Positions 41,843 to 54,741 of a DNA stretch of 64,000 nucleotides are shown here, piece by piece. This DNA is from Eledone cirrhosa (taxonomy: Eukaryota): contig OZ024741.1 in NCBI GenBank assembly GCA_964016885.1, positions 175,398,001 to 175,462,000 of the forward strand, given 5' to 3'. Numbering within the stretch: the stretch's first letter is position 1; each line of letters opens with the position of its first letter. Position numbers and translations under genes: made by a program. The notes under the pieces were generated by a model. That model was not told where the DNA came from, made no database searches, and saw nothing but the letters and a program-made list of their open reading frames with translations.

Positions 41843-43427
41843 TTAATGTTGGTTGGAATCCATTTATGTTTATTGCCTCCGTGATTTGTCTAAACATTGC
41901 GTCTTTTCTGTGTGTAGATTCTAATTTTATTTCTATGTTCTCTAATTTACCCTTATGTTCTATTTTAGCATGTTGGTAGAGTACAGATGATTCTTTACTA
42001 TCTTGAAGGTCTCGTCAGCGTTCATTTATCCGTTCTCCTATACTACGAGCTGTCTCACCTATGTACACTATATTATTATCTCTACATTGTCCTTCAGTAC
42101 ATCTTATGCTATATACTACATTTCTAGTTTTACAGTTAATATGGGGGCTTAATTTACAGATTATACATTTCTTATCTATACAGGGAAAGGGTGTGTATTG
42201 CTAATAAGTGTTTTTATGGAGGTACCTGGTCTTTCTACTATCTTAATATTGAGTTTATGTTTATCTAGGGCCCTTCTAAATTTGTAAGCTAATTCACCTC
42301 TAGGGGTTGTATCGATGAACATTACACTCTGGTATTTATTGCTATCATACCATGAGTTTATTCTATTAACCTTATTCCTAGTTCTTTGTATTCTATTCCA
42401 AAATTTGCTCCTATACAAGGGGCAGATCGCATTTGTGTCATTATTTACCATTTTTTCCCATTTGGTTCTGGCTCCCCTATATACTCTGATTTTATCTCTC
42501 TGATTGTAACCAGAGAACTGCATACGGTGGATGAAGTGTTGTATGTGTCTCTCTAGTTCTTTGGGGTTGCACATGCGGGACACGTTTCTCATCACCCGTA
42601 CCAAATCCGCAATCAGTATGTTGATTTTGGTATGGTCCGAAACAGCTGAGTTTCGGTGGATCAGATATTTGGAAGTCATAGGTTTGGCATAATGGGAATG
42701 GAGGATTTGTTTTTTGTTATTAATGGTATCTAATGGTATTAATGGTATCTAATGTTTGGGGTGTTTGCTTGGGTAGTCTATAGTAACTCTAATACTCTGG
42801 TGGATGGAGTTAGCTATTTGCTGGATGCTTTCCATGGTGTTTTTCTCTAATTCCTGACTGTTCTCTAGTGGGGGTGTTTTTACTACGATGTTTATATCAT
42901 CAACGTAGCGGGAGTACACTATCAGGGTTAAGGGGTTGCTGTCTTCTAATTGTTCTTTAAGTTTAAGTTTAAGTCTATTGTCCCACCATACCATGAATAG
43001 GTTAGCTATGTCACCTGCAATGCTAACACCAATGGCTGCTCCCCCCTCTTGTGCATATGTTATTCCATTAAATTTGAACATATGTTCCTTAAGGGTTAAT
43101 TTTATGCTGCCCCCACCGCATGTGCAATCATTTTCTTTAGTTCATCGTGGTTTTCGGGGGTCCGTATGGCGTGGTCCACCCGTTCCATCTATTTGTGTGG
43201 GCTTATTGGCCATTGAGGTAATGCTAGGTGGTCTGCCTCTTGCTAGGTCTTGTAGGGCACAGGTTGCTAAGGCCATATGTATCTAGATAATCATTACTAT
43301 AGATAAGTTTAAGTAGGAGTCCCAGCTCACTGGTATCAATCCCACGGAATTCAACATTGCTGTCACTGATAATTTCTACGCATTTCTCCACAGCAAAATC
43401 CACGTCAATAGATGGATACAGGGACAC
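41843..43427 (-). pseudogene. PLE polyprotein (reverse transcriptase, Cys linker, GIY-YIG endonuclease), frameshifted
   Basis: SLYPSI, YAQEGGAAIG, YSRYVDDI, HFIHRMQFSGY, VMFIDTTP, CIDKKCIICK, CKTRNVVYSIRC..C..VYIGETARSIGER, RQITEA. Confidence 0.9.
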
Positions 43428-43504
43428 AAATTTATTATAATAAATTGAAGTGAAAGCAACTGGTGCGTGTGTTTCTTATTGGCAATATGGCCCTCCCAAA
43501 GTAT

Positions 43505-43610
<106 letters not shown>

Positions 43611-44574
43611 CATATATATTAGACACACACATACACACACACACACACAGATATTTATATATTAGTTGAGCTGAACTATAGGCCTATCGAAGAGGTATTT
43701 TTAGCATTCATGTTAGGTTGCCTGTATTCTTCCATTTAATCTTTATAATACCTGTGCTTTCACAGTTGTGATCTGACTGCATGGCTAACAGCTGACGGCT
43801 GGACGTATGAGTAATAAGTTGTTGCTTCATGATTAGAGCATAACATCTTAATAATAACTTTATCATATAATGGTAATCTGTATTATTTCTTTTCGGTTCG
43901 ATCTGCATAGGCTTTAAGAATCGGTATTTACTATGTTTATGTAAGTTCAGTGCTTGCCATCCAAAATGTCTTATGCCTTATATATACGCATGGTCTTGGA
44001 TACGTTTGATCAGTAATACGTGTACGCTCTGGCTGGGTTAATAATTATTTTGTCATCGAGCGATTACCAGATAATATGATCGATATTATTGTACATTATC
44101 AACATTATTCATATAGTGAGCTATTTTTAGCATTCCTCCTTGGCTTCCACCGTCCAAAGTTACTGCCCAGTCTCCTGTTTTATCAACACATGGGATTGTG
44201 TCTTGACCCAAACTTAATTATGGACAGTTAATGTCTTGTCTAATTAATATGATTGTCTTACAGATGAAGGTCAAATTTTTAACATTAATAGTATTACACT
44301 TTCCCAACTAGTGGAGTGTAAATGACCTTTGTTTTTTTATACTAATATTTAGCTCAAACACAGTACACGCATTGTAAAAGGTGTCCAATATCAACTGCAT
44401 GTCCTCTAGTGTGTGAGACACAAAACAAATCTGCATCAAGACTGGCAAAAGTTTTGGACTTGGTGTTAAACTGCCTTAGATTAAATAATTTGCCAGAGAT
44501 ATGTATGTGTGTACACACCACAAAATAAGAGGGAGAAAATTACCCATTGTAAAAGCTAATGCCACTGATATTTT

Positions 44575-45062
44575 GGCCTTCTTCAAAGAAAGATTTTTTT
44601 GAGAAAGAAAAAAATATTTTTTTCTTTCTCAAAAAAAAAAAAATTTTTTCTAAAAGAATTTTCATCTAATGTTTAAACTTGTGGATTCTGAGAATTCTTT
44701 GGCTCTTAGCCTTTAACTTTTGACAATTTTCGGAATTTTGTAGAAAAAAAATGTTACATAATTCTCTCTGTGTATATATTTATTTATTTAATCATTCATT
44801 TATATATAGACGCAGTGTCTCGTTTTGAAAATATTTTTAAAGATCTTTTAATTTTTTAAAGAATGATTTTTTTGGAGAGTAAGATTTAAAAAAAAAAAGT
44901 TTCTCTCGAAAAGTATTTTTTGATGTTTTTTGGAAGAGTTTTCTTAACTTTCTTAACTTCTTTAATTTTTAAATTTTTGGATTCTGGGAATCCTTTGGAT
45001 TTTAGCTGTTAACTTTTGACAATTTTCTGAAATTTAGAGAGAAAAAACTTTTTCTTAGTTCC
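44575..45062. repeat. Diverged ~300 bp-period direct repeat
   Basis: tggattctg.gaat.ctttgg..ttagc..ttaacttttgacaatttt at ~44682 and ~44978. Confidence 0.65.
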
Positions 45063-45477
45063 TCTCCACAAAAGTAACGTTAACAGACAGATTGAAAACA
45101 CACACACACAACAACCCCACACATACACACACGTGTTTATGCATACATATACGCACACACTCACACGTGTGTAATATTGTATATACACCCTCACACTCCC
45201 TCTATACATAAGTGTGTATGGGTATGTGTGTAAGTATGTACACATCCCAACCTACCACAGAATTCAACTCTTACAACCTTCTATCCCCTTTTGACCACTA
45301 GATTAAACAATACATTCACAGCATATTTTTCACATGAAAAACAACTTGTTCTCATTTCCAACCAACTTTTCAAGAAGTATGATGGAAGAAAAATTACTCA
45401 AACATTCGATTTTGACTTCCATTTTAAACCTTTCTTTTTTTACTCCTATCAACACTTTTTAATTAACTTTTTACACT

Positions 45478-45520
45478 ACATTTGACAAGAAGGATTTTAA
45501 TACACCGAAACCGGTAATTT
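45478..45520 (+). ncRNA. Decayed minimal hammerhead-like motif
   Basis: TTGACAA ..gg..cc GAAA CCGG TA; stem I weak; lies ~220 bp upstream of a (TA)n tract. Confidence 0.45.
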
Positions 45521-45771
45521 TCTCATATACTTTATATACTTCATAAAAAAATGTTTAAAAAAGAATTGTCCCTCTCTTCTTTTAATAACATTATCTTTTT
45601 AATAACACTATATTTTCAATAATGTCACTTTGACGAATCAAAAAAGAAAAACAGACCCTTAAATATATCTCCCGTGCTATTTCCAGCTTCACCTTTTCTC
45701 TATATCCACTGTTTTTTATAGAACCCCACTTCCCTTTCTAATATATATATATATATTTATATTTATATATA

Positions 45772-45805
<34 letters not shown>

Positions 45806-45806
<1 letters not shown>

Positions 45807-46381
45807 TTCGTTTCTGAATTTGTTTAGCAAGATTCTTTATCTGAAATCGTGTGTTGAAACCGATATTGTTATACTTTGGGAGGGTCATGTTGCCAATAAG
45901 AAACACACGCACCAGTTGCTTTCACTTCAATTTAATTTATTATATATTTATAAATTTACAAATTTATAAATTTCTGGTTGGTTGGTTGGTTCCACAACCA
46001 GGTAGTTGTTTATATATATATAGTCATAGTTCTTTCGTCACACACTCTGTGACCTCTTGATGAACACAAACACACACAGACACCCGGATGTGGCGCATGC
46101 GCAAACTGAGCACGCAACCCACACACAAACAAAATGGCGTAGGATAGAAGAAAGGAAAGGCACAGAAACGAAGAAAGAAATCCCCAGTCACTGAAGAGGT
46201 CACAGAGTGTGTGACGAAAGAACTATGACTATATATATATAAACAACTACCTGGTTGTGGAACCAACCAACCAACCAGAAATTTATAAATTTGTAAATTT
46301 ATAAATATATAATAAATTAAATTGAAGTGAAAGCAACTGGTGCGTGTGTTTCTTATTGGCAACATGACCCTCCCAAAGTAT

Positions 46382-46387
<6 letters not shown>
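45806..46387. mobile_element. Family G fold-back (PLE 3' end only)
   Basis: ~45863-46058 is inverted at ~46194-46388; closely matches 41346-41715. Confidence 0.9.
46186..46230 (+). ncRNA. Hammerhead ribozyme, family G
   Basis: agtca CTGAAGA g gtcaca gagtg tgtgac GAAA GAAC TA tgact; 5-bp perfect stem I. Confidence 0.85.
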
Positions 46388-46431
<44 letters not shown>

Positions 46432-46435
<4 letters not shown>

Positions 46436-46738
46436 AAAAAAGTTGAAATCGAAAATGCAACTGGAGAATATTTAAGAATATTTATTTGATTCCTTTACCG
46501 GTTTCGCAGTTCTTATGCTTTTCAAAAGTAGAATTGAGATGGAGGGTTTGTGGTTTTTCTCGAGAAAACCACAAACCCTCCATCTCAATTCTACTTTTGA
46601 AAAGCATAAGAACTGCGAAACCGGTAATGGAACCAAATAAATATTCTTAAAGAGTCTCCAGTTGCATTTTCGATTTCATCTTTTTTCCTTATACTTTCAC
46701 TCGTGTAGGACATTTTGGAAAAAAACCTCATTTTATAA
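46432..46738. mobile_element. Family H fold-back with one hammerhead per arm (46489-46534 -, 46588-46632 +)
   Basis: Spacerless centre ttttctcgagaaaa; attctactt TTGAAAA gca taagaac tgc GAAA CCGG TA aaggaat; the right arm has an extra ~45 bp tail. Confidence 0.85.
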
Positions 46739-46761
46739 TATATATATATATATATATATAT

Positions 46762-47292
46762 GAATGTATGTATAGTATATTTGGCAATATACCGTATGTT
46801 TAATTAAAAACATTTTGAAGACTTTACGCTATCATTTTTAAAGTAGTGACTATGTCACTTCTTTTTTTCGGCAAAAGAAGGGAGAAAAGCTAATAGAGTC
46901 TGTTTCACACTGTTGGTGATCATCAAAGCTACGTACTCCCCGCCTTTGCCGAAAATCATAGAAGCTGGATTCTTATAGAATTCCCGTAATAATACCTAAT
47001 TTTTGCTAGACCGGCAATCGCTCTGAATAATCAGCTCCTGATTATTACTGGAATTTTATAAGAATCCAGCTTCTATCATTTTCGGCTCTGATGATCACCA
47101 ACAGTGAGAAACAGACTATGTTAGCTTATGTCCCTTCTTTTGCCGAAAAAAAGAAGTGACATATTCACTACTTTAAAAATGATAGCGCATGGTCTTCAAA
47201 ATGTTTTAAATTAAACATACGGTATATTGCCAAATATACTATACCTACATTCATGTATACATCGCTATTTTAGAGCACCAATCCTAATACCA
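46762..47292. mobile_element. Family I fold-back with hammerheads (46888-46930 -, 47084-47126 +)
   Basis: ggct CTGATGA tcac caaca gtga GAAA ca gacta tg TT agct; arms 46762-46992 and 47042-47254 plus a ~38 bp tail. Confidence 0.85.
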
Positions 47293-47309
47293 TATATATA
47301 TATATAAAT

Positions 47310-47656
47310 GAAAGGAGAATATATACTGTCAGAACATGTTTTATATATGTAATTGTTTTCACCGCACCAAATAATGACGTATTATCTTCGTTTTTTTTCG
47401 TTCTTTGCCAGTGAACCTTTCCACGAACCAAAGTATCGTCTTCCTGTCTGCCTTCGGTTGCAACGTTTTTTGAAATATTCACTTCTGCGTTTACAGATTG
47501 ACTTTTTTAGTTAAGGGTGAAAGCAGCGATTCTTTGCTTAAACTTTAATCTGTTATTTTAATAAATATTTGCTCTACGGTTCTTATATATCTGATATATA
47601 TTTATCCTTATCGAGCCCTCTTTGGATTTTAGTCTTCAAATTTATTATTATCACTA
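47310..47656 (+). mobile_element. Family C, colinear copy
   Basis: Contains both modules found inverted at 37376 and 50641. Confidence 0.8.
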
Positions 47657-47667
47657 TATATATATAT

Positions 47668-48123
47668 GATGATTACTAGAAAATGCTATTTTCATCATTT
47701 CTAAAAATAGCAAAACAATTGATGCTTTGGATAGGGTCAATTAGTAGTCATTAGACATGCTCAACCAACCGTGACGCCTAAACCAATTAGCTTTAATAAT
47801 CCAGTGAAACTACACACCGATTGGACGAAATACAGTTTGCAAGATTTAGCATTCTGGAGCCACTTTTCACTGTATATAAGGCACAAAATTTACCCGTCTC
47901 ATTACAGTTGAAAATTGCAAACTTGACTGTCACCACACATTATGAACCTGAAGATTGCGAGAGCATGAAAGTACTTGTTCAATTAACACTTAACATTTAA
48001 TATTCTACCATACTATTTCATTCTAATACCATTATAAATTTTAAAGGATTGTAAATAAAACGAGTAAATCAGACAAAATTGGAATTCCTTTTATTAATAT
48101 AATCTTCTATACACACCCCTGTA
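47668..48123 (+). mobile_element. Family B, colinear copy with intact hammerhead at 47943-47981
   Basis: tgaac CTGAAGA t-tgc gaga gca-t GAAA GTAC TT gttca; the 3' part matches 5934-6265. Confidence 0.87.
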
Positions 48124-48214
<91 letters not shown>

Positions 48215-48372
48215 ACACTAGACCTTCCGTTGTGTCATGTTCAATTTAAAATATATATTTTAAAATCATGTTCACTTCAAAACAAATTTTAAATAATTAA
48301 AATATAGACATATGTATATAATGTAAAATGAAATTGGAAGGCCCATATAAATATATATATATCTGTGTGTAT

Positions 48373-48458
<86 letters not shown>

Positions 48459-49023
48459 TTATGTGTGTGTGGGTGTCTGTGACCTATATACACTGGTCAC
48501 ACACACATGCACGCAAATACACAGACACACACACGTATACACACACATACACATAGACTTAGAAACCCTTCCTATTTACCAGGAAATATTTGCTACATAC
48601 ATCCTGTCATAACTTGTTATGACAGGATGTGTGTAGTCACCAAATTTTAGCTAGATACAGTAATGCTGTATTCGATTCTTTTGAAGTCACCTGTTATAAT
48701 TTCTTTCGACCACAACACCAGCTCTCACTCTCTTCCATTTACCTTCTGTCTCCTTCTCTCTCTCTATGTCTCCCTTTTAATCTACTCTCTCATATCCACC
48801 ATCTCTTTCTCTCTCACTCTATTCATGAAGCTCCCCGGACTAAACCCATATCTCGGGAGCCCGTACCCTGATTTACGCGAAACTTGTTTTATTCCATTTG
48901 TATTCCCATTTCATAGGAAACTTCCTTTCAAAGTATTTTCCTATTATGCAACGTTTTGGTTGTATCAAATTACAGACAATCACACAATCACAGAGTTTTA
49001 ATAGTGTGTAGATAGATATGTTA

Positions 49024-50393
49024 TATAGGGTGGCTAAAAACAAGGCTACATTTTTGCTTCTTTCTACATTATTCATTTTTGGATAAAAACTAATGAAACT
49101 CCGAATATGTTTAGTTCAAACCATTACGAACAACATATAAAAATTAATTCCAGAATTACAGTATATCTTCCAATTGATACCCATTTGAATAGATGCAATT
49201 TTTGAGGCACATGGCGAAGTTTAGCATAATCTCTTTACAGACATATAGCGATGGCTCTGATCTTCACTCCGATGTTTTCCCTTTAGTTTAACTAGTGTCC
49301 CGGGTTTATTGACATATACCGTATGCTTCAAATAGCTTCAATCAAAGATTTATGGGGGCTTAAATCAGGGCTGCGTGGGTCTCACTAAAAAACAGTCTTC
49401 AATCAAATCACACGATTTCTAAAGTTAATTTTCAGCCATTCTCCCGACTCATTGGATGTTTGTTTGATGGCTTCCTCTGTCTTGTCAGACCAGAACGTAT
49501 TCATTAGAGATGGTTACAGAGTTTGTAACTCCTTTTCAATGTATCCCTGGACCCCCACATAGAGTTCATTTGTGTCTGTAGCAGTGACACCATTTTCACC
49601 GAAAAAGAATACGTCAATCAACTCTCTCTTAGAAATGGCAGGGCAAACGATACATTTAGCCGAGTATAGACGTCTCACAGTCACTTCAATGGGTTTCCTC
49701 TGACCCCTAGAGTACACTGTTCTTAGAATTGATCTTCCCATTAAAGTGAAAGTGGGCTTCATTAGAAGTCCACAGTAGATTCAGAAAATTTAGGTTGTTT
49801 TCTATCTCCTCGGAGATTTTCTCAGTCATAGTCTTTCTCTTGGTCATAGTCTTTCTCTTGGTCATAGTCTTTCTCTTGGTCATAGTCTTTCTCTTGGTCA
49901 TATCAGTTACAGTAAGCTTTTGTTTAGTCTGTATCCTATAGGGGTATTTCTTTAGATCCTCTTTGACAACCCTTCTGCAGGTTTCTGTAGGGAGAATTAC
50001 AGATTGGCTTCTACGAAGTGATCATTTTGGGCTCTGTTCAACAGACTTTCAGAATATATCAAAAAGTTCCTGTATACGCTTCCCGGGTTATTTTGAGTGG
50101 GTAGGACGGTCTTCAGACATAGTATTGAGGTTCTCCACTGTCCCATAAGTCTCAAAAGTCTTCACTTAGTTTTGTATATTGCCATAAAATTGCTCCTGGA
50201 GCTGCTTGTATCAGCCGCACTCGTAGTAGTATTTCACACAGAAAATCCGGAGCTGGAGCTTTCTTAGGGGTATTGTTGTCTTTTCAGACGTTGTATCTGA
50301 CATTCCCTGACATTCAAGTTGATCAGTTAGAAAATGAATATACAGTAACACAAAATGTGGTCGGGATCAATTTTCTTTGACTTACCCTCTATA
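49024..50393 (-). mobile_element. Tc1/mariner-superfamily transposon relic (~1.37 kb)
   Basis: WTSNEAHFHFNGKINSKN (first D motif), FFFGENG, PRSPDLSP, YLKHTVY, NGYQLEDIL*; decayed TIRs (agggt..catttt) flanked by TA; internal 18-bp x4 repeat at 49825-49900. Confidence 0.8.
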
Positions 50394-50442
50394 CATATGT
50401 GTGTGGTATTTTGTTTGTGTAGTGTGGGTATATATATATAGT

Positions 50443-50632
50443 AATTGTTTCTACTTTAGGCACAAGGCCAGCAATTACACAGTGCATTACTGGTACTTTA
50501 TTTTATCTACCCCGTAAGGATGAAAGGTAAAGTCAACCTGGCGGGATTTGAACTCAGATCGTAAAGGGACGTAACTATGCTAGAAAGCATGGCGTCCGAC
50601 CCTCTACCGATACTGCCAATCCACCGCCCTTA
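50443..50632 (-). mobile_element. Deu/Nin-type SINE (young)
   Basis: Matches 39380-39570. Confidence 0.8.
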
Positions 50633-50640
50633 TATATATA

Positions 50641-50888
50641 GTAATAATAATAAATTTGAAGACTAAAATCCAAAGAGGGTTCGATAAGGATAAATATATA
50701 TCAAATATATATCAAATATATAAGAACAGTAGAGCAAATATCGTCTTCCTGTCTTCCTCCGGTTGCAACGTTTTTTGAAATATTCAGTTCTGCGTTTACA
50801 GATTGACTTGGTTAGTTTCAGAAGATCCCGTTAAGCGTGAAAGCAGCGATTCTTTGCTTAAACTTTAATCTGTTATTTTAATAAATAT
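50641..50888. mobile_element. Family C, inverted arrangement
   Basis: The terminal ~100 bp module is inverted in front of the body. Confidence 0.8.
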
Positions 50889-50898
50889 ATATATATGC

Positions 50899-50955
<57 letters not shown>

Positions 50956-51297
50956 TCTATAGGAACATATATATGTATATCTGTGTGTATGTGCGTGATT
51001 GGTTTCATGCCCTGTCAAAGTAGAGGGATCTATCATACATTCTTTAAATGAATTTTTATGATTTCTGAATTTCTGAATTTCCAATGATTTCCCCGTGGGT
51101 TCAGATTGTTTAATCTGAGCTTCCTTTCAATTGCCAGATAAAACATCCACGAGAAAGTTCATTGATTAAATTTAATCAATTTTTCATATTCTATTTAGGA
51201 TCACCTCATTAAACGAAAAAGTAATTTACTTAAAAAATAGTATTTCCTTTTGTAACGATCACTAACTTGAGGAGGATCACAGGTGACAGTAGAGGGT

Positions 51298-51418
51298 CTT
51301 CTTCTTCTTCTTCTTCTTCTTCTTCTTCTTCTTCTTCTTCTTCTTCTTCTTCTTCTTCTTCTTCTTCTTCTTCTTCTTCTTCTTCTTCTTCTTCTTCTTC
51401 TTCTTCTTCTCCTTCTTC
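51298..51418 (+). repeat. (CTT)n microsatellite
   Basis: Direct reading. Confidence 0.95.
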
Positions 51419-51439
51419 CTGGGAGGGTCGTGATGGAAA

Positions 51440-52110
51440 AGTTCTCAAGCCCGTCTACTTTACTCTATATCTGAATAAAATACTCTATATCTTAACACAT
51501 AATCCAAGAAACACAGAGCCATACAACATTATCTACAAGAACATCGCACTATAGAGACAAAACCCAAGAATGAAAAATAATTTCAAAAATATAAAATAAT
51601 CAAAAGCAAAAGACAAACGAAATCGCTTAAAAAAAACTACTCATCAGCACTAAATTACACACCACAACCTGAACACCAACAATTAAAAAGTATGGTCACC
51701 CTAATTGTGGAACATGTATTAACTTCATTAAAGACACCATGAATTTAAATCACGACACACATACTTTGTAAAACGTAATTTCACCTGTTCAACAAAAAAA
51801 TTTACCATGTATGCCATTAAATGTAAAGGATGTGCCGAAGAAAGGGCAAACCTAACTCATCCTTAGACACAGAATGACAATTGACTGCCAACAATTACGA
51901 GGCTCCACTACAAGGCAGATACCTCTTTGTGAACATTTAGATTTGTGCACAACGAACACGTCCCCCAGATTCCATGTTTCTCATTATACCGCTGTCCAGA
52001 TAATGCCCCGGATCAAACACGAATAAATAAAGAGCATGTAATTATTCTAAAATACGAACCACGTCGGGTTAGACTCTAACTACACAGACCTCATACACAC
52101 TTTGCTTTGT
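51440..52110 (+). pseudogene. Decayed PLE C-terminal (GIY-YIG) fragment, different family
   Basis: NFTCSTK..MYAIKCKGC..GQT..LRHRMT..RQIPLCEHLDLC..RINKE. Confidence 0.6.
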
Positions 52111-52174
52111 TAAGGGAATTATTATCATCATTATTATTACTATTGTTGTTGCCATTATTATTATGTTATCACAA

Positions 52175-52365
52175 GGGCGATGGATTGGCAGTCGAAGGTC
52201 GGACGCCATGCTTTGCAGCATAGAGTTACGGCCCTTTATGGTCTGAGTTCAAATCCCGCCGAGGTTAACTTTGCCTTTCATCCTTACGGGTCGATCAAAT
52301 AAAGTACCAGTAATACACTGGGATAATTACTGGCCTTGTGCCAAAAGTAGTAACAATTATTATGT
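52175..52365 (+). mobile_element. Deu/Nin-type SINE
   Basis: B box gagttcaaatccc, core, (ATT)n tail. Confidence 0.8.
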
Positions 52366-52432
52366 TATCACATGACCCTCTGTACCCGAACAGACGAACA
52401 GAGATGGGAAGGAAATAGTTATTACTACAGAA

Positions 52433-52522
<90 letters not shown>

Positions 52523-53563
52523 ATAAATAAAAGAAAATATATTTGTGCAATCGGTCACTTGCTGAACCATAACAACCCAACGCTACTATGCATGATCGCG
52601 CGCCTGTACACACACGCACACACACACACATACACACACATACACACACACATACATACAAACACTCACAGAGTTACGTACAATTCTTGTTAATTTTGCT
52701 AATTGGATCGTTAGTATTATAGATGTGGTTATGATAGTGATGTTAATGGTAATAATAATAATTACTATTATTACTATTTTTGTTGTTGTTATTGTTATTC
52801 GGACGTAGCAGGGGGCAAAAAATAAAACACTAGCTAGACGCACACATATACACATAAACAAAATTTCTGGACATTTGAAATTTGGACATTGCCTTCAATA
52901 GTCAACTTTTCTTGACCATTAAAGAAACGAAAAAATAGGTATGAATTGCTACGGTCCATATTCACTAAAACGCAATACTCCTATTTTGGGGCGCGAAAAT
53001 ACCACCAAATTCGGTGCCTAATCACGTGATCATCCAGCCTGTCATATTACACTTTAAACTTGAGCCACTTTTTCTGTATAAAACTGAAGAAACCATAACA
53101 CTTCCGATTTTTGACGCGAAACTTAAAAATTTCGATGCCTAATCACGTGATCTCTCTTAACCTATCAAATTGTACTTCAAACATATAGCAAGCTGAGCCA
53201 CATTTTTACATAAAACTGAAAGAAATTTCCAACATCAATTAGATGCGAGTTACAAGTCGGCATAGCCACACATTTCTCCATCCCTCTTAACGTTTTAAAA
53301 TCATCAAACTTGTGAAACCGGCAAACTTATAATTTATTATAAACCTTCTTAAAGACTCCAATTGCATTTTCAACTACACACACACACACATACACACACA
53401 GACACACACACACACATACATATATATATATATTAAATCATATGCTACTAGTGCTCTGAGCAAAAAGCATCAACTTTCAGCACTGAGATTATAAAAAATC
53501 GAAATAACAGAAATAAGTTTTATTCCATCCTTATGTTTGTCTGTTTTTCCTGTTCAAATGTTA

Positions 53564-53622
53564 GCTGTCTGATGATGTCATAGCTGTTGCATAATGGTTA
53601 TCGCCGAAGTATATATAACAGC
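53564..53622 (+). ncRNA. Hammerhead ribozyme, family J (GAAA>GAAG mutation) in the (TA)n-bounded island 53432-53670
   Basis: gctgt CTGATGA ..atagctgtt gcat aatggttat.. GAAG TATATA TA acagc. Confidence 0.7.
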
Positions 53623-53785
53623 GACTATGATTGAACGAAGTTAATTTTAACCTGTTGACTTACACTTCTGATATATATATATATATATACACACATATAT
53701 ATATATATAGACGCACACCCATACATACGTACACACACACACACACACGCACACACACACACGCACACACACACACACAGACACG

Positions 53786-53844
<59 letters not shown>

Positions 53845-53846
<2 letters not shown>

Positions 53847-54685
53847 GTGCGTTTCAAAACTCTACTTTTGAGTTAAATTTGTTTATATATATATAAACAA
53901 ATTTAACTCAAAGGTAGAGTTTTGAAACGCGAGTGTATTAGGATTCTCAGGAAAGTGGGAAAACTCGGCAATTGGAAGCTGTTAGTACAGCAAAATACCG
54001 TCGAAGCGGCGTTGGGTAAAATATTACCTCGAAGGACAGAGATTAGCGGCTAGATGTGAGTTGACTCGAAGGAAAGAAGAGAATATAGGAAGGAGGAAAA
54101 AGATAGAATGGGTGAAAGCGAACAGGTCACAAACATTAGAATATGCTCATCGGATCTCAACCTGCTGCAGTTTCGACGAGTTAATGAGATTATTGCGGAG
54201 AATAGGAGGCTCGTAACGGAGAAATAACTATTTTCGTTCATATAGTGTTTGTGTTGGGTTAGAGAGAGACAGAGAAAAAGAGCGAGTGCATCCAATCGAC
54301 CTCAAGTCGTCGCGAGAAAGGAAGAATATTGGCGTAAGTAGAGCTGGCCTGTAGAAGGGAGAGAGAGAGGGGGAGGAAGAAGGTAACAGAAGGAATAAAA
54401 GCATGGGGGACAGAGGAAGAGGGAAAACAAGACAACTCACCTCAAGAATAATATCAATCCGCGTTAGAAGGCTAAGATAGCTTTTTGAAGGTATAAACAA
54501 ATTAACTCGAAAATAGAGTTTTGAGACGCGAGGGTATTAGGATTCTAAAGAAAGTGAGAAAACACGGAGTATGGAAGCTGAACCGCTGATCTCTGTCCTT
54601 CGAGGTAATATTTTACCCAACGCCGCTTCGACGGCATTTTAATGTTCTAACAGGTTCTATACGCCGAGTTTTCCAACTTTCCTGA

Positions 54686-54689
<4 letters not shown>
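53845..54689. mobile_element. (TA)n-embedded family K: ~600 bp unit with ~85 bp terminal redundancy and inverted caps at both ends
   Basis: ~53892-53980 repeats at ~54493-54580; 54583-54689 inverts ~53943-54049; hairpin at 53849-53929. Confidence 0.8.

Positions 54690-54741
<52 letters not shown>

Noticed and set aside
42015-42020. In-frame TGA in the PLE GIY-YIG region as selenocysteine (as in Naiad PLEs)
   Set aside because: Not at a conserved Cys position; the copy has several other frameshifts and stops, so decay is the simpler reading.
43745-43785. Minus-strand HHR-like string (cagtcaga tcacaactgt GAAA gcac)
   Set aside because: Core mismatched, no UH site and no stem I.
45806-47292. 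Fold-backs G, H and I as MITEs or sequencing chimeras
   Set aside because: Arms are asymmetric with reproducible tails, H and I arms differ by substitutions, and G matches a PLE 3' end; read-level confirmation is still advisable.
49825-49900. 18 bp x4 direct repeat resembling a CRISPR or regulatory array
   Set aside because: No spacers; a slippage expansion inside a dead transposase.
52975-53225. ~120 bp diverged direct repeat with cctaatcacgtgatc (E-box)
   Set aside because: More likely transposon subterminal repeats; no gene nearby to support a regulatory call.
53290-53375. gaaaccggca motif with similarity to family H
   Set aside because: Probably a decayed H relative, but too degenerate to call a ribozyme.
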